From positions 21,702,001 to 21,766,000 of the forward strand of contig NC_058369.1 of NCBI RefSeq assembly GCF_018350175.1: a stretch of DNA of 64,000 nt. The letters are read 5' to 3'. Source of the DNA: Felis catus (Eukaryota). Positions 24,901 through 35,420 of the stretch are shown here, piece after piece (within the stretch, counting starts at the first letter, position 1; the number at the start of each line of letters is the position of its first letter). A program made the position numbers and the translations under genes. The notes under the pieces were generated by a model that did no database searches, was not told the DNA's origin, and saw only the letters and a list, made by a program, of their open reading frames with translations.

Positions 24901-26351
24901 TGTGACCTTGGGCAGGGCATTTAACCTCTCCAAATCTGTTTCTTCATCAGTAAAATACCCACTTCCAGAACCAGCACAGACACGAAGTGAGCTAATGCCA
25001 TTACAAGGTTAATCTGGTGTGTGTTGGCCTTAGGGAAGGATGATCCTTCTTATAAGTGAGGGTGCTGAGATTCACCCCCAGATCCTCTGACTCTGTGTCC
25101 GGTGCTCCCCCACTTCATAGGGCTGCCTCTGCTATGGGCTGAAGGAACTGGAGAGTAGAGATTAACAGCCCACTGCTAGCTGGGAAAGGCCTGGCTGGCC
25201 TCAGCCGGCTCTGAGGGGCAGGTCCCCATGGAGGTCTGTGTGGGATCAGCCCTTGCCACTTCCATGGCCTGGCAGAGCGGCAGTGAGGCTGAGCCAGTGG
25301 CCTTCCTTTGGGGCCTGTGGGCCTGGGCCTATTTGCATGGGGGCTATAAATAATTGGCACACCTTGCTTTTGTGCTGTTACTTCAGTCCCTGGTTTCCCC
25401 ACCAGTGTTCAGACTGCAAGGTAGATGGGCAGCGCTGGCTCCACTGTGCAGGGCCCAAGACCTCTCTCAGGGTCACGTGGTAATAGAAGAAGATCCTGGT
25501 TCATGGTGTCTGTCTCCCTCCTGGGTCTGGGCCGTGCAGTGGGGTGGAGGGCCCATGCCCTAGTTTGAATCTACGAAGTTGGGGCTTGGGTGACCCAACC
25601 CTGGGGTTACTGCTGAGTAGCCCCATGGGTCCCCCTCCTCATGGCACTGCGGCCTGGCTGCACAGGTTTGGGGCCAGGGCTGGGGCTTGCTGTGGTTACG
25701 GTTTCCCTCCAGTGGCTTCTAACTGAGCAGCAGCTGCTCTGAGTGTGATCATTGGGTGCTGGAGCACAGGCCTGATTGGCGGCCTGCGAGGCTGGGCTCT
25801 GCTTCACATTCCTGGGGCTTCTCTGATTCCATCTCCTCCATGCAGCCCCCTGGGGTGGTCCCCATGGACAGAGGTGGGTGAGGTCATGGAGCCTGGGACC
25901 ATCTGGACTGGGCCCCAAGGGGAGGCGGTGGGGAGGCATCTTGACCGCTTGCCTCAAATGCCCAGATCATTTTGCCACCAAGGCTACCCTGACCCCCTCT
26001 CTCGCAGGAACCCAGGCCCCTCCAGCGTGACTACTGCTCCTTTGTCCCTGCTGGTGTGACCACTCAGCCCTCATCCTCTGAGATACTCAGAAAGCCCGTC
26101 AGTGCCCCACCCTGGGTCCCAGGGTTATCCTGTTGGGAAGCACACAGCCCAGCATGTCTGCTGGGGTCGGGCCTGGGGGTTGGGATGCAAACTTGTGGCA
26201 AACGTGTGCTGTGCAGGGGCCCTGCCGATCATCTGGACCCCCCAGGGAGAACTCAGCCGGGTGCTCCACACCTTGGGTCCCCAGGCCAGCAGGGTGGCCT
26301 CACGAAGGGCACGATGTCCTTTTTGCCCGACAGTTTGGGACATTCACCCAG

Positions 26352-26354
<3 letters not shown>

Positions 26355-26396
<42 letters not shown>
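26355..26396. repeat. (CA)~21 microsatellite
   Basis: Direct observation. Confidence 0.95.
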
Positions 26397-26397
<1 letters not shown>

Positions 26398-27237
26398 CCA
26401 GCCTGGCCCATGCAGCCTACTCTCTTTCCCATTCACATTAGCTCAGTGCCCACTTTGTGCCACCCACTCACAACTTCAGACACGCCAGCTCACACACTCA
26501 CACACGCTTGAGTTCAGGGAGGAGCCAGCAGCCCCCCACGGCTGGCCCCTCCTCCCTGCCTACCAAGAGGTCATAGTGGCTGGTTTGGCTGGTCTTACGC
26601 TGAAGGCTTTGGGATCTGAGCTCAGATGTGAGCTTACACACCCATTCTGGCTCCTTCTGAGTAGGAGCCAGGCCTGGGCAGGGGACGTGGTGGGGTCTGC
26701 CTCGCCTGGCGCACCTCCCCTCTCCCCTGGCTGCTGGCCTCAGAAGACCGGCGGGGCCCCTGGGCTGGGCTTCAGGCTGAGGTCAGTGTTTCCTGTGAGC
26801 TCATCTGGGCTGGGAGCTCTCGGCAGACCCGGCTGCTACTCTGGCTGCCTTGTGGAGGAGCTGGGGGAGCTATCCCGGGGGCAGGGCGGCTCTGGCATAT
26901 TCACATGTATGTGGGGGGGGTGGTCTAGGGGCACGTGTCTGAGACTGCCGCCACGTTGGCTTACGTTCAATATGGAGTGAGTATATACGTATGTGCATGT
27001 ACATGAGTGAGTGTTCGTTCAACCATGTTTATGGAGCAGCCTCGTGTGTGGGGCCCAGAGCCAGTGTCCACGTAGGTGTATGAGGGTACACCCAGGGGCT
27101 TGCACATGTGGCCCTCCTCCAGGAACAACAACCCAAAAGACCCTCAGGGTCACCTCCTTGAGTGACCCTTGATTTGAGGAAGAGCAAGGAATAGGGCGAG
27201 ATGTGGGGGTGACCTGTGTGGTTTAAAAAACAAATTC

Positions 27238-27466
27238 AGGGCGCCTGGGTGGCGCAGTCGGTTAAGCGTCCGACTTCAGCCAGGTCACGATCTCGCGGTC
27301 CGTGAGTTCGAGCCCCGCGTCAGGCTCTGGGCTGATGGCTCGGAGCCTGGAGCCTGTTTCCGATTCTGTGTCTCCCTCTCTCTCTGCCCCTCCCCTGTTC
27401 ATGCTCTGTCTCTCTCTGTCCCAAAAATAAATAAAAAAACGTTGAAAAAAAAATTAAAAAAAAAAC
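27238..27466 (+). mobile_element. Young felid SINEC_Fc-type CAN-SINE
   Basis: CpG-intact near-consensus copy; TSD aaacaaattcag; TT/AAAA target site. Confidence 0.92.
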
Positions 27467-28295
27467 AAACAAATTCAGTGTTACGTTCAACATTAAAATA
27501 GTTTTATATTTGGGAAAAATTAGTTGGAAAGCGCAGGCAACCTCTGTAGGATGAGGGGCACCTGACCCAGAGGGGCTGGGGTTCAAAAGGTCAGGGGTGA
27601 GGGTGGGGCCTTTCCCTGCCCTGGTCCCTGAATGAAGTGGGTGCTTAATTAGTGGAATCTCAGCTTTAGCTTCTGGCTCAGCCTCAGGGTTTCCGTTTCT
27701 CCATCTGAAAGGTGGGGGTGGTCATCTTGGCCCTATTTGTCCTCCTGGGTAGTTATGAATAAAAAACAAACTTCGAAAACCAAGAAGATCTGCAAGGGAA
27801 CAGGGTGCAGGGAGGCGGGGGTACCGTCCTGCCCATCTTGGCTGGCACTGACGTGCTGGAGCCCAGCATATACCGAGTGCTCAGCACATAGTACGTGCAC
27901 AGAAATTGGGTATTACAGGGGTCCTTAAATGAGTCCCCAGATAAATGACTCGTGGTCACAGACTCAATGCCTCCAGGGTCCCGGTAGGTTTTGGAAAGGA
28001 GTAAAAAGGGGGCCCCTGGCCTGGAGTAGACTGGCAGGGGTGCCAGCCAGCTGTTGCCCAGTGTGCTTGAGGTCACATCTTCATTTTACCAGGGATGCCA
28101 CAAATCCAGACTTCCAGAAAACGTCTCAGTTTTGGCAACAGCAACTAGAACTAGTGCCCTGTAAGCACTAACTGAATGGGCCAAACTCAATGCGGTGAGA
28201 GTCCCCCGGGGGCACCCGAGCAGCGCCTCCTGGGACTGTCCCTTGCTGCCCGGCCTCACCCATTCTGTCTGTACAGCCGTACTGCAGGCCCCAGC

Positions 28296-28410
28296 ATGGC
28301 ACCGTTCCTGCGTATCGCCTTCACCTCCTATGAGCTCGGCTCCCTGCAGGCTGCGGACGAGGCCAGCCAGCCCTTCTGTGCCGTGAAGATGAAGGAGGCA
28401 CTTAGCACAG
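28296..28410 (+). CDS. PRKCD: PKC-delta exon 3 coding part ([38 protein letters not shown]); exon starts 28277
   Basis: Acceptor tctgtacag|28277, ATG in agcATGg context, donor CAG|GTAGGA. Confidence 0.96.
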
Positions 28411-29520
28411 GTAGGACTGAGAATCCAGGCTCGGTGGGAGGCCCTGCAGGGCCCATGCCTTGTTCCCCTAGAACTTCCGAGGGATCCTTCTCTTCCTCAT
28501 CCTTACCTCCCGGCCCAGCCCAGCTGTGGATGTAGGACCGTGGAGACCACCGAGTGCCCGTAGGGCTTCTAGCATTGGCTGTGTAGAGCCTTCTCCAGGG
28601 TGATCGTGGGGTGGAGGTGGGGGGGAGGGGGGATTCTGGCTCCTCCCCCATTGGTGGGTTCACCCAACAATTTCCTCATGCTCATCTGTGCCAGCCCCTG
28701 TGCTGGGCACTGAGGACACTGCCATGCTCCAGGGCTGACTTAGCCCTGCTCTCATGGGGCTCACAGTCAGGTGTGGGAGCCAGACAATGAGTCCCGTGAC
28801 AGGGAAGCCCACAGGAAGCACTGTCCCAGGCTGGGCTCTCAGCAAGGTCCTCCTGGAAGAGGCAAACATCTCACACCATTCCTTCTTGCTTCTGTCCTCA
28901 CTTGCTGAGACCCTGGCTCGTCCCTTAGGTCCCGGCTGAGCTGTCCCTTCTTCCAGGAGGCATTCCCTGACCCTTAGGCTGGGGCATGCCACCTGACCAT
29001 GACCCAGAGCAGGTGTAAAGCCCTGGCCTTGCTTTCTTCAATCTCATCACAGCTGTGGTTTAACATTTACTTGAGGAATTAATGGGCTCATGTCTCTGCC
29101 CTGGACTGGGCTCTAGGGAGACAGGCACTGTTTTTCACTTTTCTTTCTGCCGTGTTCTTTACCTCCAAATGCCAAGGCTGGCATGACGGGCCTCCACATT
29201 TGTTCACTGAGTGCATGAGGGGAGGTGACAGCTAAGTGGGGCTGAGGAAGAGGGTCACAGGAAGAGGGAAGAGCAGGGGCTGGGATGGGACCTAGCAGGG
29301 CTTCCTAGAGGAGCTGCAGGCAGCTGTGTGCTCTGGAGTGTGTTAGGAATAACATGAGGCTGGGGAGGTGAGCAGAGCACAGTTGTGAAGGCGGGGGAGT
29401 GGAAATGTCAGAGGGAGAGCCAGGCGGATTCTCTCCGGCTGAAGGCTATGGGAAGTCTGGGGGTGGGGTGGTGGGACAGAGGGACCCCAGCCGGACCTTG
29501 CCTGCCCGGCCATGTTGCAG

Positions 29521-29720
29521 AGCGCGGGAAGACACTGGTGCAGAAGAAGCCTACCATGTATCCCGAGTGGAAGTCCACATTCGATGCCCACATCTACGAG
29601 GGCCGCGTCATCCAGATTGTGCTGATGCGAGCAGCCGAAGAGCCGATGTCTGAGGTGACAGTGGGTGTGTCGGTACTGGCCGAGCGCTGCAAGAAGAACA
29701 ACGGCAAGGCCGAGTTCTGG
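29521..29720 (+). CDS. PRKCD: PKC-delta exon 4 (C2-like domain, [30 protein letters not shown]...KAEFW)
   Basis: 200 nt, AG/GT flanks, translation matches PKC-delta. Confidence 0.97.
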
Positions 29721-31053
29721 GTGAGGACGCGAGGGCTGCAGCGTGTGCACGCACGTGTGCGGGCCCCTGGGTGAGCCTGGCTGCGGGGTGCAGGTCCTGT
29801 CTGGCCACTGGAGCAGCTCTGCGATCGGTGCTGGCTCTGTGATTTACCAGATCCCAGCCCCTCTGAGCCCAGTTCTGAATCTGTAAAAGGAGAAGCTAGT
29901 AAAAGACCCCACCTCAGGGTCATTTGTTCAGGTGACATGAGTCACTGGATGCCAAGGGCTTATTGTAGCGCTGGGCACATAGTAGGTGCTAAAGGGAGCC
30001 ATCCTTGCCATTGCGACTACTCTTTTCCCTTTTAATTTTGTGAAAGCACGATATGCACAAGGTAAAACATTTCAGAATGTATGTAAGGGTATGTCCTGGC
30101 CCCACCACCAGGCATCGCACCCACTTCTCAGAGGCCCCCATTGTTCCAAGTTCTGTTTGGAGCCTTCACAGATATTCCAGGCCCAGGCAGGCATTAGGGA
30201 ACACACTTATGTCTCCTCAACAGTGAGGAAGGTGGGAGAAAGGGAAGGCTTATGGCCATCACTCACCTGCTGAAACCTGGACTTCGCACACGCATATGGC
30301 CATGTGGCCCTCATGGCCACGGGTGTCAGCGCTGGCAGAGCACCTCTTGCCCCCTCGGGTTACATGTGGGCTCCTGCAGCCAAGATGTCCCCACTGGAGA
30401 CACTATGGAAAGACACTATGACCGTGAGGGACTCTGGTGAGCCTCCAGTGAGGCATGAAGGGGCCAGGAGAGAAGTTGACCTAGGGCTGTACGAACACTT
30501 GGCTGGTCAGGTAGAGATACTTGCTGTGCTGTCTGTCTACTCCACCAAGAAACGATATCAGTCACCAGGCATGGGTGTTGGCAGAGGTGAAGGTCCTGCC
30601 AGAAGCAGCCAGTCTATGTGAGGAGACGGGGCATACAGAGACTCGGACACAGAGAGAACCAGCGTGGGTGTCTCAACACGCATGTGTCTGTGTCTCTGTG
30701 TGTGCAGGGACTTGGGGGTGTGGGGGGGCATTCTAAGATCCTTGTTAAGGGGGCAGCCAGGAGTGGGGGTGGGGAGTTTCCCTTCCCACTCTGTTCCTGG
30801 GCCATGTGGCCGGGCTGGGTGTGGGCTGGATCTTTTCACTTCCCCAAATGTAATAATACCTCTGGGTAGAGGGTGGGGGCGGGGCTCAGGGGCGGGGCCG
30901 TGCCCACACTGGGCAGACAGGTGTCTGGCTAGGCTGCCAGGACTCCCTTGGCCTTGGGGGACCAACCATGGGGCGGGTTCTGAGTCCAGCATGGCTGGAG
31001 CCCGCCCTCATTGACCCCCCACCCCCACCCTTTCCCTACCCTCACCTCTGCAG

Positions 31054-31114
31054 CTGGACCTGCAACCCCAGGCCAAGGTGTTGATGTCTGTGCAGTATTT
31101 CCTGGAAGACATAG
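31054..31114 (+). CDS. PRKCD: PKC-delta exon 5 (LDLQPQAKVLMSVQYFLEDI)
   Basis: 61 nt, ctctgcag| and |GTAAGA. Confidence 0.96.
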
Positions 31115-31285
31115 GTAAGACCCTCCCTATCTGGGCTGGGGGTGTAGGTTCAGAGGCCAGAGCCAGGACAGAACCTTAGGGAAGCAGTCCCTGTGGGCAG
31201 TCTGTCCAGGGCCACCCTGGGAGGGACTACAGGAACGTTACCCTTTCCGGGGCTGGGGCTGACTTCACTACTGCTCGGCCGCCAG

Positions 31286-31448
31286 ATTGCAAACAGTCTA
31301 TGCGGGGTGAAGACGAGGCCAAGTTCCCAACAATGAACCGCCGTGGAGCCATCAAGCAGGCCAAGATCCACTACATCAAGAACCATGAGTTTATTGCCAC
31401 CTTCTTCAGACAGCCCACCTTCTGTTCTGTATGCAAAGACTTTGTTTG
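31286..31448 (+). CDS. PRKCD: PKC-delta exon 6 (pseudosubstrate and start of C1A)
   Basis: 163 nt; [55 protein letters not shown]. Confidence 0.97.
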
Positions 31449-31538
31449 GTGAGGGCTGGCTGTGCCTCTTGAGAGTGGGGTCTGGGGAGGGAGGGCCCCA
31501 CACCCAGAACTCACCCTGCCTGGGGATTTGCCTTTCAG

Positions 31539-31570
31539 GGGTCTCAACAAGCAAGGCTACAAATGCAGGC
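31539..31570 (+). CDS. PRKCD: PKC-delta exon 7 (GLNKQGYKCR)
   Basis: 32 nt, cctttcag| and |GTAAGT. Confidence 0.96.
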
Positions 31571-31988
31571 GTAAGTGTCTCCACTGCCCGGTCTGTTTGC
31601 ACACGTGTGTCTGCCAGTACCCGCGTGCGTTCTCAGGAAAGCCCATGTCCCTGTGCAGGGATCACATGTCTAGACTGTGTGCTTGCATGTGTGCATGTGA
31701 GATTTTCCACGTCAGAGTGTGTACGAGAACCACACTCAGTGGGTGCATGAGCGGGCTTGCTCTGGCTCATGAAAGCCAGTTCTCTGTGTCTTTTCCCAGG
31801 CTTCGGCGCAGTATTTACATAGAAATCAGCCAATGCTACTTATCATGGCTCTTTTCCCCTGCAGAGGCTATTAGACCTTTTACAGTATACCCTTGGCTGC
31901 ACATGTGCTTCTGTTTAGACATGTGTGTATATGGGTACACACATATAAGACACCTCCACAGTGGTGCTGGTTCTGAATACAAGCTCTG

Positions 31989-32296
31989 GGGGCACCTGGA
32001 TGGCTCAGTCAGCTAATCGTTCAACTTCGGCTCAGGTCATGATCTCATGGTTCATGGGTTCGAGCCCCACGTTAGGCTCTGTGCTGACAGCTCAGAGCCT
32101 AGGGCCTGCTTCAGTTTCTGTGTCGCCCTCTCTCTCTGCCCCTCCCCCACTCAAGCTCTGCCTCTATCTCAAAAATAAATAAAAAATAAAAAATAAAAAA
32201 ATTTAAAATTAATTTAAAATTAAATTTTAAATTAAATTTTAAAAAAATTTAATTTAATTAAAAATTAATTTAAAAAATCAAAAATTAAAAAAAAAT
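31989..32296 (+). mobile_element. CAN-SINE with expanded A/T tail, inserted in a MIR
   Basis: SINE head and body; TSD tga(at/gc)acaagctctgg; MIR-like sequence continues 32300-32480. Confidence 0.88.
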
Positions 32297-32537
32297 TGAG
32301 CACAAGCTCTGGAGCCAGATGGCTTGGGTTTGAATCCTAACTCTGCCACTTCCTATTTGTAGGGCCTTAGAGTGACTTAACCTTTCTGTGCCTCAATAAA
32401 ATGGGGATAATAGCCTTTATGAAGATCAAATGGGATAAAATATATAAAGCGGCAGTTTAGGTGACTGGCACATAGTAAGCATTTTATATAGAGAGCATAT
32501 TGTCATTATGCAGAAGTGTGTATATTCTGGTGTCTTT

Positions 32538-32551
32538 GTGGTGGTGGTGGT

Positions 32552-32591
<40 letters not shown>
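32538..32591. repeat. (GTG)5(TG)n compound microsatellite
   Basis: Direct observation. Confidence 0.9.
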
Positions 32592-32592
<1 letters not shown>

Positions 32593-32988
32593 ATGCATGT
32601 GCATGAGAGAGCTTAGGACCCGTTTGCTGTCCCAAGCATAGCAGAGAGACAGGAGGCTCTCTGCCTGCAGTCCTCTCACTGCAATACTCTGTGCCCTCAT
32701 TGCTGCCCCCACTGCCTACTGGGACCCCTTGAACCTTCCCTAATCTCTGAGATCCTCCAATTGGCCCGCCCTCCCTGCTCCTCCCCTTTCCAGGCCCCTC
32801 CTACCAGGGCAGGCAGGAGGAGAGAAAAAGCAAGCTGTGGGCCCCAGGCGTCTGTGGGGTGAGGGTGTGGGCGAGCAGGGAGAACAGTGGCTTTGTATAG
32901 AGGGCTGGACTGGGCCAGCGGGCGCCAGCTCACAGCTCTGCCCCTCCTGGTGCCTTCCCATCCCCCTCCTGGCCTGTGCCTCCTCAAG

Positions 32989-33074
32989 AATGCAACGCTG
33001 CCATCCACAAGAAATGCATCGACAAGATCATCGGCCGGTGCACCGGCACCGCAGCCAACAGCCGGGACACCATA
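32989..33074 (+). CDS. PRKCD: PKC-delta exon 8 ([28 protein letters not shown])
   Basis: 86 nt, AG/GT flanks, completes C1A. Confidence 0.96.
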
Positions 33075-33365
33075 GTGAGGCTGGGCCCAGGGCGGGGGAC
33101 CTGGGGGGGCTTGGCCAGCTGGGAGGGATTTGGGTTCTCCCCACCCCTTCCCTGTGGAGTTTGCCCTTCTCCCCATTTTTCTTGGTTGCCTCCTTGGACT
33201 TCCAGATTGCCCAGTTCCTGCACTTTCCCCCCTGCCCCCCCTACCCCATGGCCCAGTGGAGCCCTTTTGAGCATCTTGCCATGCAAGGGGTTGAGGAGAG
33301 CTAGGGGTTGAGGAAGGAGCTAGAGCTGGCATGTGACCCTCAACCTGTGACACTCTCCTTCCCAG

Positions 33366-33495
33366 TTCCAGAAAGAACGTTTCAACATCGACATGCCGCA
33401 CCGATTCAAGGTTTACAACTACATGAGCCCCACCTTCTGTGACCACTGTGGCAGCCTGCTGTGGGGACTGGTGAAGCAGGGACTAAAATGTGAAG
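33366..33495 (+). CDS. PRKCD: PKC-delta exon 9 (C1[44 protein letters not shown])
   Basis: 130 nt, AG/GT flanks. Confidence 0.97.
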
Positions 33496-34176
33496 GTGCG
33501 TGCCACCCAGCTCCGGGGACTAGGGCTGGGCAGGAGGGCACTCCCAGCTGGTGCCTGCCCACCCAGACCTCCTAAACTCCCACTAACTAATGCTGCCTTT
33601 GCCCCACTGCTGGGGAAGGCCTCGATGTCCCCTCCCCACTGGCTTCCCCATTTACCTGCTGTGTGACCAGGAGTCCCCACTGCTCTGAGCTCAGTGTCCT
33701 CAAGTGGAAGATAGGGGTAAGAGTAGAGTAGGGCCCAGGGAATCACTGAGGGACAAGCAGGCGGAAGGTGTTGAGCAAACATGTTTCACAGACCCCTTCC
33801 CTGGCCCCAGGCTTTAGTGAGGCAGAAACAGGAGGCCCCCTGAGAGGAAAAGTGGCTTGTCTAGGTTGCCCTAGACATTCTTTGAAGGGCTTAGAATTAG
33901 GTCTCCTATCTTGTGCCTTTTTTTCTTTTTCTTCTTTAAATAATGAAAGATTTAAAGCACTCACGATGGCTTCAGATGCATTTTTTTTTAAAGACCAGAA
34001 ACCCAGCAGACTCCACCAAAGCCCTGCTTCCTCCTGCTCCCTCCTCCCCTCCTTCCCTCCTCCCTGCACTTGGCTGAGCCTGGGGGAACGGGGACAGTTC
34101 TCCCAGAGCCTGCCGGCAGCCTGTCAGGCCCTGCCTGAACGGGGGCCCTGATGGCCCTGTGTCTGCTTCACCCCAG

Positions 34177-34277
34177 ACTGTGGCATGAATGTGCACCATA
34201 AGTGCCAGAAGAAGGTGGCCAACCTCTGTGGCATTAACCAGAAGCTCTTGGCTGAGGCGTTGAACCAAGTGAGCCAG
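34177..34277 (+). CDS. PRKCD: PKC-delta exon 10 ([33 protein letters not shown])
   Basis: 101 nt, ccccag| and CAG|GTAGGC. Confidence 0.96.
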
Positions 34278-34723
34278 GTAGGCAGACACGGTGGGAACCC
34301 TGGACACAAGGTGGCAGGATTGGGGGTGGGCCGTCAGGGCTCATGCTACTATTAGAGAACCCTGGGGTGGGGAGTGGGTGGGCAGCATTTGTATTCATGA
34401 CCCCACTTCTGGAAGATGTAGTCCAAGAATTAGCAGAAGGTGGTGGGCTTGTTCTCATATAAGAAATTATTCAAGTGGTTGTGTACTTGGTGAGCCCGGA
34501 GGACCACAAGGTTGGAATGCTTGGAACTAAGAGCCCTTATTGTGTGTATGTTTTATGTGTTGTGTATGTTGTGTGTTTGGGTGTGGGTGGAGCTTGAGAA
34601 ATGCCATAACACTTTAAGGTAAAATTCTAGAATCAATTACCAGTGAAGGCAACACAAATAATCCATTGAGTAAGTGGTGGGAGGGTTCAATGTACAAAAT
34701 TTTCTTTCTATTCAGTGCCTTCC

Positions 34724-34749
34724 AGGCCATCAAGGTATCCCTGTGCTAC

Positions 34750-34801
<52 letters not shown>

Positions 34802-34885
34802 TGTGTGTGTGTGTGTGTGTATGTGTGTGCGCATGCGTGCGCTCCCTGGAGTCCTGGGCAGGCCATCAAGGTATCCCTGTGCTAC

Positions 34886-34950
<65 letters not shown>

Positions 34951-34983
34951 GTGCGCGTGCGTGCGCTCCCTGGAGTCCTGGGC
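34724..34983. repeat. Tandem duplication (136 + 124 bp) of a TG-microsatellite-containing unit in intron 10
   Basis: Both copies begin aggccatcaaggtatccctgtgctacaggg and end gcgtgcgctccctggagtcctgggc. Confidence 0.9.
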
Positions 34984-35113
34984 TTTGCCCCTGCTGTCCC
35001 CCATTGGTTTTGAGAGTGGAGTCATGGATGGTTGGGGTCCTCCTTCTTGGCTAAGAGTTCTGATCCTGGTGTGACTGACTGGATGTCTCCCTAACCTCTA
35101 CCCTCTCCTCCAG

Positions 35114-35201
35114 AGACCCTTCCGGAAGTCAGAAACAGAGCCTGTTGGGATCTACCAGAATTTTGAGAAGAAGCCAGAAATCTCTGGAGAAATTGTCCCA
35201 G
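35114..35201 (+). CDS. PRKCD: PKC-delta exon 11, V3 hinge ([29 protein letters not shown])
   Basis: 88 nt, polypyrimidine tract + cag|, donor G|GTGAAG; contains the conserved VGIYQ tyrosine (Y310 here). Confidence 0.93.
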
Positions 35202-35420
35202 GTGAAGCTGGGCCCATTTACCCCCGGAAAGTTCCCACTCCCCACTAGGACCCAAGATGGGACCCAACCTCCCTCTACTGTTGAGACCTGAAGGGAGACA
35301 CCACCCCTGGAGAGGGAGTCCCTTCCTCTTTGAGGCCCCTTACTCCACCCCACCTCTTGGCCCCAGGGGAGGGGACTCAGCAGACAGACACCTGAGTCTA
35401 AAGTGCCATCTCTTGGGCAG

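Noticed and set aside
26102..26980. Longest ORF in the track (292 aa, + strand, intron 2)
   Set aside because: Non-ATG start, runs through a (CA)n repeat (HTHT...), low-complexity G/P/L/S composition, no recognisable domain; expected by chance in GC-rich DNA.
32697..33446. 249-aa minus-strand ORF
   Set aside because: Antisense shadow of PRKCD exons 8-9 plus GC-rich intron.
34666..35074. Cys/Val-rich ORFs
   Set aside because: Translations of TG microsatellites.
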